NCBI GenBank assembly: GCA_963813325.1
Contig: CAWEYM010000002.1
Coordinates: 70,391 to 134,390, forward strand
Direction of reading: 5' to 3'
Length of the DNA: 64,000 bases
Origin: an uncultured Acidobacteriota bacterium
GTDB lineage: Bacteria; Acidobacteriota; Vicinamibacteria; Vicinamibacterales; JAKQTR01
A program made the translations under genes and the position numbers. Positions 9,087 to 17,755 of this stretch are shown here, piece after piece. The first letter of the stretch is position 1, and the number at the start of each line of letters is the position of its first letter. Under the pieces are notes generated by a model that was not told where the DNA came from, searched no databases, and worked only from the letters and a program-made list of their open reading frames with translations.

Positions 9087-9112
9087 CCAGATTCCACTCT
9101 ACACCAGATTCC
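9087..9112 (+). promoter_or_regulatory. Direct repeat CCAGATTCC x2 (period 17) in a divergent promoter region
   Basis: Read directly from the sequence: cCCAGATTCCactctacaCCAGATTCC. It lies between the divergent GT-C gene (minus) and the yqaA-like gene (plus). Confidence 0.3.
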
Positions 9113-9169
9113 GCCCATGACGTCTCCCGCCGCCCCACGACCGCCCACCCTTGCCGCGCAGGGGGCCCG

Positions 9170-9775
9170 ATGAAGCGATTCGTCGTATGGGCGCAGGCGT
9201 TCGCGATGGGGATTGGCGGCCCGGGGCTCTTCCTCATCGCGTTTCTCGACTCGTCATTCGTGTCGCTGCCCGAGATCAACGACATCCTGATCGTCTGGAT
9301 GGTCACCCGGCACAAGTCGCTGCTGCTGTACTACGCGGGCATGGCCACGCTGGGGTCGATCGCCGGCTGCCTGGTCGTGTACGGGATCGCGCGAAAGGGA
9401 GGGGAGGCCCTCTTGCGGCGGCGCTTCAAGGGTGATCAGGTCGAGCGGGCCACGGCGGCGTTCCGGAAGTACGGCGTGGCCGCCATCATCGTCCCCTCGA
9501 TGCTGCCCCCGCCGATGCCGTTCAAGATTTTCGTGCTCGCGGCGGGAGTCGCGCGCATGTCCGTGCCGAGTTTCGTGCTGTCAGTCGGGTTCGGCCGCGG
9601 CCTGCGCTACCTGCTCGAGGGCCTGGCGGCCTACTACTACGGGGACGCGGCCCTCGCCTACATGCGCGAGCACGGCAACGCCGTGGCGTTGTGGCTGACC
9701 GCAGCCTTCGGCACCGGCCTGGCCGCGTATTACTGGTGGCACCGGCGCCAGCGCCGGGCGCCCGGCAGCGTGTGA
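9170..9775 (+). CDS. YqaA/DedA-superfamily (VTT domain) membrane protein
   Basis: The N-terminal GGPGLFLIAFLDSSFVSLPEINDILIVWM and the overall four-TM layout are typical of the YqaA family. Confidence 0.7.
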   Translation: MKRFVVWAQAFAMGIGGPGLFLIAFLDSSFVSLPEINDILIVWMVTRHKSLLLYYAGMATLGSIAGCLVVYGIARKGGEALLRRRFKGDQVERATAAFRKYGVAAIIVPSMLPPPMPFKIFVLAAGVARMSVPSFVLSVGFGRGLRYLLEGLAAYYYGDAALAYMREHGNAVALWLTAAFGTGLAAYYWWHRRQRRAPGSV

Positions 9776-9872
9776 GTGCCGTGCCGAGCCGTGCCCGCGC
9801 GGAATTGACCGCCGGTTCGGGCGGACCCTATAATCCGGGGCGCATCCTGCGCCACGCCTTGCAGCCAACGCC

Positions 9873-10832
9873 GTGACGATACCCGACCTGTCCGTCGTCA
9901 TTCCGATCCGAAACGAGGCCGCCAGCATTCCCGAGCTGTACCGGCAGCTGACCGACACGCTCGGACGCTGGGGCCGGCCCTACGAAGTCATCGTGGTCGA
10001 TGACGGCAGCACCGACAACAGCTTCGATCTGCTCGCCGCCTGCCAGGCCGGCGACCCGCGATGGCGCGTGATTCGCTTCCGGCGCAACTTCGGGCAGACC
10101 GCCGCGTTCTCGGCGGGCTTCGCGCACGCGCGGGGGCAGCTGATCGCCACCTCGGACGGCGACCTCCAGAACGACCCCGCCGACCTGCCCGCGCTGGTCG
10201 CCCTCGTCGAGCAGGGCGCAGACATCGCCGCCGGCTGGCGCAAGGAACGCAAGGACCCGTTCCTCACGCGGCGGTTGCCCTCGATGATCGCCAACTGGAT
10301 CATCTCGCACACGACAGGGGTGAAGCTGCACGACTACGGCTGCTCGCTGAAGGTCTTCCGGGCCGAGGTGGTCAAGCCGCTGCGGCTCTACGGCGAGATG
10401 CACCGGTTCCTGCCGGCCATCGCGAGCGAGTTCGGCGTGACGATTGCCGAGCAGGTGGTGAACCACCGGCCCCGCCGGCACGGGCAATCGAACTACGGCC
10501 TCTCCCGCACGGTGCGCGTCGTGCTCGACCTGCTGACGGTGAAATTCCTGCTGAGCTACTCGACGCGCCCGCTGCAGATCTTCGGGCTGCTCGGGATCAT
10601 CATGGGCGGCCTCGGCGCGATCATCACCGGGTGGCTGGCCTACCAGCGCCTCTTTGGCTACCAGTCGATCGCGAACCGGCCGTTGCTGCTGTTCGGGATC
10701 CTGCTCGTCTTCACCGGCGTCCAGCTCATCACGCTCGGCCTGCTCGCGGAGATGCAGGCCCGGACCTACCACGAGTCGCAGGACAAGACGACGTACGCCA
10801 TCCGCGAGATCCGGGAGTCGAACCCCGACTGA
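9873..10832 (+). CDS. Polyprenyl-phosphate glycosyltransferase, GT2 (GtrB/ArnC-like)
   Basis: Carries VVIPIRNE, VVDDGSTDNS and the DXD motif SDGDLQND, plus two C-terminal TM helices characteristic of GtrB/ArnC-type enzymes. GTG start. Confidence 0.85.
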   Translation: MTIPDLSVVIPIRNEAASIPELYRQLTDTLGRWGRPYEVIVVDDGSTDNSFDLLAACQAGDPRWRVIRFRRNFGQTAAFSAGFAHARGQLIATSDGDLQNDPADLPALVALVEQGADIAAGWRKERKDPFLTRRLPSMIANWIISHTTGVKLHDYGCSLKVFRAEVVKPLRLYGEMHRFLPAIASEFGVTIAEQVVNHRPRRHGQSNYGLSRTVRVVLDLLTVKFLLSYSTRPLQIFGLLGIIMGGLGAIITGWLAYQRLFGYQSIANRPLLLFGILLVFTGVQLITLGLLAEMQARTYHESQDKTTYAIREIRESNPD

Positions 10833-11040
10833 CCCCGGCGCTCAGTTGAGTTGACCATGCGCGGGGCCGTAGCGCGCGGGCTTCAGCCCGCGTGCCCGGA
10901 GCGAACATACTCATCACACGTGAGTTCCGGTGTTAATCCCGGCGCTACAGTTGAATTGACCATGCGCCGGGCCGTAGCGCGCGGGCTTCAGCCCGCGTGC
11001 CCGGGTGCGAACACCGTCGACCGTTGTGAGCCCCGGTGAG
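10833..11040 (+). repeat. Tandem duplication, about 105-bp unit x2, each with a GC hairpin CGCGGGC-TTCA-GCCCGCG
   Basis: Copy 1 (10833-10899) and copy 2 (10938-11004) are near identical (CCCGGCGCT..TTGACCATGCGC.GGGCCGTAGCGCGCGGGCTTCAGCCCGCGTGCCCGG). The tails are diverged but alignable (GCGAACA..GTGAG..CCGGTG). The repeat lies between two convergent GT2 genes. Confidence 0.85.
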
Positions 11041-11058
11041 GTTAGTAGCCGCCCGCCC

Positions 11059-11808
11059 TCACCCGCGGCGGTAGCGCGCGAACGTCCGCGTGCCGATGAA
11101 CCAATCCCGCAAGCCGATCTTCTTGCCCTCCGCCCGGCTGCGCGGGAAGTACGAGATGGGCACCTCGACGATGCGGTACCCGCGCGCAAGGACCTTGGCC
11201 GTGATCTCGTGGTCCAGTTCGAACCCCGTCGTCTCCAATGTCAGGTGGTCGAGCACCTCGCGCCGGAACAGCTTCAGCGCCGTGACCGTGTCGCTGAGGT
11301 AGTGGCCGGTCAGCGCGAGCGCGACGAGGCTGAGGCTCCGGCCGCCCGCGTAGGCGGCCCACGATTGGGCCGGGTGCTTGCCGCTCAGCAGGTTGACGAG
11401 CCGTCCGCGCTGCGGATGCTTCAGGTAGCGGCTCCCGTACACGATGTCGGCCGGGCGGTCGATCAGCGCCCGAAGCATCGGGAGATAGTCACCGGGGTCG
11501 TACTCGAGGTCCGCGTCCTGGATGATGACGTAGTCGCCCGTGGCGCGGGCGAGGCCGGTCCGCACGGCGCGGCCCTTCCCGCCGTTCCGCGCGTGGCGCT
11601 CCACGATCACGCCAGGCACCGATGCCGCGACCGCCGAAGTGCGATCGCGCGAACAATCGTCCACGACGATGATCTGCGCAGCCAGGCCGAGCGACGCGAG
11701 ATCCACGGCTCGAATCCGCTCGAGCAGCGTGCCGATGAAGCGCTCTTCGTTGTACGCGGGAATCACCACCGAGAGCACGGGCGACGAACCGGGCACGGCC
11801 GGTGTCAT
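11059..11808 (-). CDS. Glycosyltransferase family 2
   Basis: Carries VVIPAYNEE, VVDDCSRD and the DXD-like QDADLEYDP. The start ATG overlaps the upstream stop (ATGA). Confidence 0.85.
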   Translation of the reverse strand: MTPAVPGSSPVLSVVIPAYNEERFIGTLLERIRAVDLASLGLAAQIIVVDDCSRDRTSAVAASVPGVIVERHARNGGKGRAVRTGLARATGDYVIIQDADLEYDPGDYLPMLRALIDRPADIVYGSRYLKHPQRGRLVNLLSGKHPAQSWAAYAGGRSLSLVALALTGHYLSDTVTALKLFRREVLDHLTLETTGFELDHEITAKVLARGYRIVEVPISYFPRSRAEGKKIGLRDWFIGTRTFARYRRG

Positions 11809-12593
11809 GTGGGCAGGTCCCCGGGGGCGCCCGTCTGGCGGGCGCGCCCGGCGAGATAGGCCTCGACGTTGCGCAGGTCGTCGGGCGTATTGATGCCGAG
11901 TGCTTCCATGCGGTCCTCGCACGGGAACGTCAGGACGTCCCCGCGGCTCGACATCCAGGGGATGAACGGCAGGAAGTTGCGCTCGCGCGTCGCGCTGCCC
12001 GGCTCGGCAGAGCGGGCGAAGTCCGCGAGGTCGCGCAGGTACGCGCGTCCGCTCAGGCTGAACAGGCCCATCTCGCTCTCGCCCGTCGCCGGGATGGCGT
12101 CGCCTTCCCGCCGGTGCCGGATCCGGACGATGCGGCCCGTGTCGTCCCGCTCCAGGTGGACGTACGGATCGGGTCCGACGGCGGTCGGGAACACCAGCGG
12201 GGCAGCGGCCTGCGATTCCTCGATCGCCGCCAGGCGCTGCACGGTGAGCGGATGCACCGCCACCTGGTCGCACCACGTGATCCACACGCGGTCCGGTGCG
12301 AGGCCCCGCACGAGCCGCGCAGGGACCAGGATCGCGTCGAGCATGCCTGTCGGATGGTCCTGGAACGCCAGGTCCACGCGCACCGTGCACGACGTCAGCC
12401 GGGCCAGGTGCTCCCTGACCGCGCCCTCCGCGTCCGGGTGCACGACGAGCGCGACACGATCGACCCGCTCCTGGTACAGCTCGAGCAGATGATCGATCAT
12501 GGGACGTCCCGCGACCGGGACGAGCAGCTTGGGAAGGCTCGCCTTCAGGCGCGATCCCGAGCCGGCGGCGGGAACGACGAGCATGCGTCTCAT
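11805..12593 (-). CDS. Nucleotidyltransferase (NTP_transferase/MobA-like fold)
   Basis: The N-terminal VVPAAGSGSRLKASLPKLLVPVAGRPMI matches the sugar/phospho-acid nucleotidylyltransferase signature. There are ATGA overlaps at both ends. Confidence 0.75.
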   Translation of the reverse strand: MRRMLVVPAAGSGSRLKASLPKLLVPVAGRPMIDHLLELYQERVDRVALVVHPDAEGAVREHLARLTSCTVRVDLAFQDHPTGMLDAILVPARLVRGLAPDRVWITWCDQVAVHPLTVQRLAAIEESQAAAPLVFPTAVGPDPYVHLERDDTGRIVRIRHRREGDAIPATGESEMGLFSLSGRAYLRDLADFARSAEPGSATRERNFLPFIPWMSSRGDVLTFPCEDRMEALGINTPDDLRNVEAYLAGRARQTGAPGDLPT

Positions 12594-14632
12594 GCGCGTG
12601 GCGGCGCGCCGGCCCGCGGCAGGCCGCGGAAGCGCGCGGCCACGATGCTGCCGAGCGACGCCAGCCCGTCCAGCACCGTGGTTCGCTTGACGCGCTCCGG
12701 GGACAGCGCCACGAAGCGCACGTAGACCTCCTGCAGTTCGGCGCGACGCCGCATCAGGGTCGACAGGAGTCGCTGGTTGGCCTGCTTCGCGGAGACGCGG
12801 ACGTCGGCCTCGATCAGGAACCGCAGGCGCATCGCGCGCGCGCCCGACAGGGTATCCGAGATGTAGCGGCCGTACAGCAGCAGGTACGCAATGCTCAACG
12901 CATAGCTGCCGACGGCGCTGATGGTGCCGAGCAGCATGTTGTGCCGGTAGCGCAGGCGGTACGATTCCTCGATGTCCCGGACCGAGAGGCGCCGGCTGCC
13001 CCAGACAGCGTCCAGCCGCCCGAACAGGAGCGGCGAGATCAGGCTGACGATGTCTTCGCCGCGGTACATCCCGGACGATTCGAAGAGCACGACGTAGTCG
13101 AAACCGCCGGCGGTCAACTGGGGTTGAAGCAACGCGTCCCAGGTGGCTTCCGGCGCCTCGACCCGGACGACGGGGAACGGCAGGCGGCCCACGAAGGTGT
13201 CGTCGAGCGCCTCGTGGCTTCCGTGAAAGACCGTGACCGCGGCGTCCTGGCGCTCGATGCCGCCCCTCACCATCTCGAGAATCGTCTGGCTGAGCTTGTT
13301 CTCCGAGTCGACGTCGTGCAGCACGACGGCCACCTTCGGCGTGCGGCGGCGCGACAGGAATCCCGTGATGAACGGGGTCAGCAGCTTGGCCGCATCGTGC
13401 CGGCCGGTCACGCCATCCTCGTAATGGCCAATCCGGACCAGCCGCGGGTCGTCCAGCGCGTCCAGCTTCCCGAGCGGCACGTACGGCCGCCCGTCTTCCG
13501 GCCGATCGGGCTCGTTGATGAGGTAGTGCGTGATGAGGGCGGGCGTCGGCACGTGCAGCCGCCCCTTCTCCTTCAGGTAGTAGACCGCGCGCTCGATGAT
13601 GTCGACGGCGCTGCTGCCGGCGATCTCCGCGTCGGTCTGGATGTTCGTCACCAGGAGCTTCGTGGCGCCCAGGTTCCCCGCGATGGCCTCGCTCAGCCCC
13701 GGCGTGAGGTAGGACGGGAACAGGCTCGAGTGCTGGGTGCCGGGCGCGTACACGATGAGATCAGCCGACACGATCCGGTCGACCAGGCGAGGGTTCAGCG
13801 CCACCCTCCGGGATCGCGACGTGAGGTAGGCCGCGCACGCGTCGGGGGCGGCCGTTGCCAGCCGCCCCTGCTCCTCGCTGCCCAGGGGACCCGCGATGAG
13901 AAAAATGTCCCGGACCTGGTTCCGGCGCTTGGCGTCGACGATCGCCTCTTCACTGGCCAGCACCGCCCCGTGCGCATCCAGCGCCACCAGGTAGGCATCG
14001 GTGCCGTCGGTCACGTTCTCGACGAGCCCCGCGGGCAGTCCGACGAGCGCGCAGTAGTCGTCAACCGCCGCGTTGAAGCGCCGCTGCTGCAGCAGGAACG
14101 ACCCCGCGAAGATCAGGTTGCCGATCGCGCAGTCCGAGAAGTCGAAGGGACGGCCCGTGCCGGCCCGTTCGCGCTCGAACGCAGCCAGGCGGTCGGCCAA
14201 CTGGGTGCGCCGCGCGATCTCCAGTTGTGCTGCGAGCGTGTGGACCCGCAACGCATCGGGCGTCCCGAGGCTTGCCGGCGTCGTCCCGATTGTCGAGAGG
14301 ATGGCCTGTGCGTCGTCCGGTTCGCAGCCGACCGGGAGCCTGTAGTCCAGCAGTTCCACGAGGGCCGGAGGACACGTGCCCAGTTCCCGCGCCAGGTGCG
14401 ATGCGTTCTTGCGGAAATCCGACGGCCCCAGGCTGTCGCCCAGGAAGCGCCTGACCCTGCCGGTCGACGCCCCATCGTCGTAGCCGTTGATCGCAATCGT
14501 GAGATCGATATTCGGGTCGGTGACCAGGCGCTTGGAAAGCGCCCCCGAGCCCCGCCCGCCGGAGAACAGCACGACCCGGACCCGCGGGTCAGGAGAGGCA
14601 GGTGGGCCATCCGCGACGAAGCCGTGTGTCAT
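12590..14632 (-). CDS. Fusion protein: YvcK/CofD-superfamily domain plus C-terminal GT2-like domain
   Basis: The N-terminal part has VVLFSGGRGSGALSKRL, TIAINGYDDGASTGRVRRFLG and ADLIVYAPGTQHSSLFPSYLTPGL (compare GGGTG, DDGGSSGRLR and GPGSLYTS in YvcK/CofD). The last roughly 230 aa resemble a glycosyltransferase-A-fold tail with a terminal TM/amphipathic region. Confidence 0.7.
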   Translation of the reverse strand: MTHGFVADGPPASPDPRVRVVLFSGGRGSGALSKRLVTDPNIDLTIAINGYDDGASTGRVRRFLGDSLGPSDFRKNASHLARELGTCPPALVELLDYRLPVGCEPDDAQAILSTIGTTPASLGTPDALRVHTLAAQLEIARRTQLADRLAAFERERAGTGRPFDFSDCAIGNLIFAGSFLLQQRRFNAAVDDYCALVGLPAGLVENVTDGTDAYLVALDAHGAVLASEEAIVDAKRRNQVRDIFLIAGPLGSEEQGRLATAAPDACAAYLTSRSRRVALNPRLVDRIVSADLIVYAPGTQHSSLFPSYLTPGLSEAIAGNLGATKLLVTNIQTDAEIAGSSAVDIIERAVYYLKEKGRLHVPTPALITHYLINEPDRPEDGRPYVPLGKLDALDDPRLVRIGHYEDGVTGRHDAAKLLTPFITGFLSRRRTPKVAVVLHDVDSENKLSQTILEMVRGGIERQDAAVTVFHGSHEALDDTFVGRLPFPVVRVEAPEATWDALLQPQLTAGGFDYVVLFESSGMYRGEDIVSLISPLLFGRLDAVWGSRRLSVRDIEESYRLRYRHNMLLGTISAVGSYALSIAYLLLYGRYISDTLSGARAMRLRFLIEADVRVSAKQANQRLLSTLMRRRAELQEVYVRFVALSPERVKRTTVLDGLASLGSIVAARFRGLPRAGAPPRA

Positions 14633-14701
14633 CGTGTGTCGGCGTGCAGTATAACCCGTCCGCCGCTGCCATCCGCAACGGGGGCGCGGGTGGACCTTGG
14701 G

Positions 14702-16784
14702 TCAGCGGCCGCCGGAGACGACGCTGTAGATGCGGACCTCGGCGTTCGCGAACACCCGTCGGAAGAAGTCGGGATGCCCGTCGAACTTCGCCAGCGCGTC
14801 GGAGGGAAACGCGGCGCGCTCCGCGCGGTCCACGTAGATGTAGTCGATCCCGAGCGCCCGTGCGGTGTCCCAGGCGGCCCTGGCGTCGAGGGTCGCGTAC
14901 ATCGTCCGGACCTGCAGGGAGCGTTTCTCGAACTCGGGCCGGCGGAGCAGCGAGTAGGCCATCCCGGCCGCCATCCGGCGGTGCGCGAAGGTCGGGATGA
15001 GCGTCCACGTGTCGCGCTCACGGCTGGTCGGCTCCATCTGCACGGTGGCCCGCGGGTCCGTCGCGCGGCGAATCCACTGGAACGCCTCCTGCTCGTCGGG
15101 GGTGACGCGCAGCGTCCAGCGAAAACCCGGCCCCATGCCCCGGTTGTCGGTGTCCTGGGCGTTGTACCAGTCGATGAGCGTGGTGGGCAGGCCCACGGCA
15201 AAGCACAGGACGAGCGCGACAGCGCCCACTCGCCGGACGGCAGGCCGGAGACCCGCGTCAATCCCGAGAGCGACGAGGGCCGGCAGGCTCACGAGCATGA
15301 CCTGGCCCGCGCGAAAGCCCACATAGGCCTCGTCGGGCGGAATCCACAGCAGGTAATAGAGCGCCAGGCCCACCAGCAGGCCCGCCGCCGCCGTGATCGC
15401 ATGGCGAGGCGTGCGGCGCGCAGCCCACAGGCCGACGGAGGCGGGCAGCAGCGCCGGGCCGAGACCGAGGAGCAGCACGCGGATGGGGGAGTGGGCGGCC
15501 AGGCCGCCCCAGCCGATCTTCATCGCGCCCGACGTACCTTCCAGCATGCCAGTTCGCACGCACCAGGCGAGCGCGACGGCTACGGGAACGGCGGCAAGCG
15601 CGTGGCGGCCGAGCCGCGCGACCGCACGCCGGGGCTCCCTCAGCGAGTCCGCCGCGACGGCTGCGGCGAACACCAGGCTGAAGGCGGCGCCGAGAAACGG
15701 GCTCATCGTGACTGCCGCGCCCAGCGCGAATCCGGCGAACAGGATGGCCGCCAGGCCCGCCGAGGCTCCCTCGGCCGCCGCGACGATCAGCGCGATGAGG
15801 CCAAGCGCACATGCCGTCGCGTGCTGCGGCACCCACCACAGGGATCGTGGCAACCCGTCGATGCGCAGGCCGCCAAAGGTCCACGCCGCGACTGCGTCGA
15901 TATTCAGATCTCGCACCAGCGAGAGCGGCCGGCCGCGCCGCAAGCAGGTCGAGCAGCGCCCAACTGCCTTCCGCGCTCGAGGCCAGCACCACGAACGCGA
16001 CGGCAGCAGCAATCGGCCCCGCCCGCGGCACCGCCGCCCACGCCGCCAGGAAGACCATCGCGATCAGAAGGACGCCCGTGCAGAGCGCGTTGACCAGCAG
16101 CGTCGGCTCGATCCGGACCGCGAGCCGGGCCGGGGCGTTGCCCACCACCGCGGCAGGAACGAGGAAGTACGTCCAGTAGTAGTGAAGCGGCTGACTGGCC
16201 AGGTACGGGTTGCGCGGCGGGGACGCGAATTTCGACACCTCGGCCGTCAACGCCGTGTGCCAGAAGAAGTCCATCGTGAAGTAGGCGCGATACGCCCGCG
16301 AGCCGTCCGGTTCGCGGAGGCCGACCTTCAGGAACGGCGAGGCCGTCAGCGCGGGGACCAGCAGCAGGACGAGGAGCAGCGCCGCCGTGTCGCGGCGCGT
16401 CCACGGGTGAAGTGTGACGGCAGGGCCCCGCCAGGCGAGACCGAAGACCGGCCACGTGACACCGTTCAGGATCAGCCACGCGGCCGCCAGTTCGCCACCC
16501 CCATGGTAGCCAAGCCGGATCGACGCCCACACGGTCAGGCTGGTCAGCGCATAGCCCAGCAGCGCCCCTGCCACCCAGCCGGCCGCGTGGCGCCGGCCGA
16601 ACAGGGCGAAGCCGACGGGTAGTCCTGGAACGGTCGCGAGCAGGTAAACGCCGAGGTAGATCAAGCCGCCGCCGGCGCCGACGCCGGCGGCAGTCGCCAC
16701 GATGGCGGCAACAAGAACAGCTGCGGCGCCCCAGGCCACCGCCGCGCCCGGGGCAGGCGCGGCTGCGGCGTCGGATCCGGTCAC
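14702..16784 (-). pseudogene. Large polytopic membrane protein (putative glycan transferase/polymerase) split by a +1 frame change near 15920-15947
   Basis: The protein-like sequence runs in the frame of ORF 15258..17576 from GTG 16784 down to ..SAEGSWALLDLL. It then continues in the frame of ORF 14702..16012 (RRGRPLSLVRDLNIDAVAAW..). Each frame is non-protein-like beyond the junction. The start GTG overlaps the upstream TGA. Confidence 0.6.
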
Positions 16785-17755
16785 GCGCGAGCCTCCGGGG
16801 TATCGGCCGGGTTCATGCCCCCTGTGGCGTAGAGCAGGCCGCCCGGCAGATTGCCCACCACGCCCAGCGCCACGAACAGCACGGACAGGGCGAAGGCCTC
16901 CGGCCGGCCGACGCCCGCCTGGCCGAAGAACCACACAAAGGCGGCCTGGCTGGTGCCGAGGCCGTTGACCGTGACAGGGAGCAGCATGACCAGGAGGATG
17001 AGCGGAATGAACGCGAAGTACAGACCGAGCGGCATCGCAATCCCAAGCGCCAGCCCGAGGTAGTAGGCCTGGATGACCCGAAGCACCTGGACGCCGATCG
17101 ACCCGAGCAGCACGTTGACAAGGTCGCCGCGCCGCACCGCGTACTGCTGCATGGCCTCGATGAGCTTCACCCCGATCTGCCGCAGGCGCACCCACGGCAG
17201 GCGCTCGCAGACCCACCGGCCGGCCGTTTCGGCCCGGCTGCTGAACACGAGTACGGCGGCCACGACGCACACGGCCGTCGTCACCGCGAGCGACGCCACC
17301 ACGATCGGGTCCGATGCCAGGCGCCGGACGATGAACAGCCCCGCAACGGCCATGATCAGGATCGAGAGGACGCCGAGCATCCGGTCCATGAGCACCGAGG
17401 CGACCGCGCCGGACCCGCTGACGCCGCGCCGCGAGAGCGCGAAGGCCCGCACCGCGTCGCCGCCGACGCTGGCGGGCAGGAAGGTGCCGACGAACGTGGA
17501 GACGAAGAAGATCCGCATGACCACCGACAGGCGGGGTCCGGCCGGGCCGGTGAACGGCCGGAGCAGCACGAGCCACCGGTAGGCCATCAGCGTGCGGTCC
17601 GCCAGGACGAGCAGAGCGGCGATCCCGATGGGGCGAAGGTCCGCGCCGGCGGCCGCGGCCAGGATGGCCGGCGGGTCGCTCTTCCAGAACACCACGACCG
17701 TCAGGGCGACCGCTACCAGTGCACGGAGGGCCCCGCCGGCCGTTGGGCGTTTCAC
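16781..17755 (-). CDS. Flippase-like / lysylphosphatidylglycerol-synthase-TM-region family (UPF0104) membrane protein
   Basis: Has a multi-TM layout with ADRTLMAYRWLVLLRP and GTFLPASVGGDAVR motifs, shared with the paralog at 20321-21331. GTG at 17755 overlaps the rSAM stop (GTGA). Confidence 0.7.
   Translation of the reverse strand: MKRPTAGGALRALVAVALTVVVFWKSDPPAILAAAAGADLRPIGIAALLVLADRTLMAYRWLVLLRPFTGPAGPRLSVVMRIFFVSTFVGTFLPASVGGDAVRAFALSRRGVSGSGAVASVLMDRMLGVLSILIMAVAGLFIVRRLASDPIVVASLAVTTAVCVVAAVLVFSSRAETAGRWVCERLPWVRLRQIGVKLIEAMQQYAVRRGDLVNVLLGSIGVQVLRVIQAYYLGLALGIAMPLGLYFAFIPLILLVMLLPVTVNGLGTSQAAFVWFFGQAGVGRPEAFALSVLFVALGVVGNLPGGLLYATGGMNPADTPEARA

Noticed and set aside
10851-11039. 62-aa ORF spanning both repeat copies (MTMRGAVARGLQPACPE..)
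   Set aside because: The ORF exists only because the duplicated DNA is open in one frame. It has no RBS and no protein-like features beyond the repeated segment.
10833-11040. Possible CRISPR array (repeats containing a hairpin)
   Set aside because: There are only two copies. The repeat core of about 67 bp is far longer than CRISPR repeats. The sequences between the cores are themselves homologous, so this is a tandem duplication. No cas genes are present in the window.
14648-14678. Internal promoter TTGCGG-N19-TATACT (minus strand) in the 69-bp gap before the YvcK-like::GT gene
   Set aside because: The -35 element is weak and the spacer is long. It may exist but is not supportable without TSS data. 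I mention it only as a caveat to the single-operon interpretation.
12941-16093. 1050-aa ORF on the plus strand
   Set aside because: It lies antisense to the YvcK-like::GT gene and the polytopic membrane gene. Its composition is Arg/Gly/Pro/Asp-rich with no recognisable motifs. This is a typical GC-driven shadow ORF, while the opposite strand carries convincing protein signatures.
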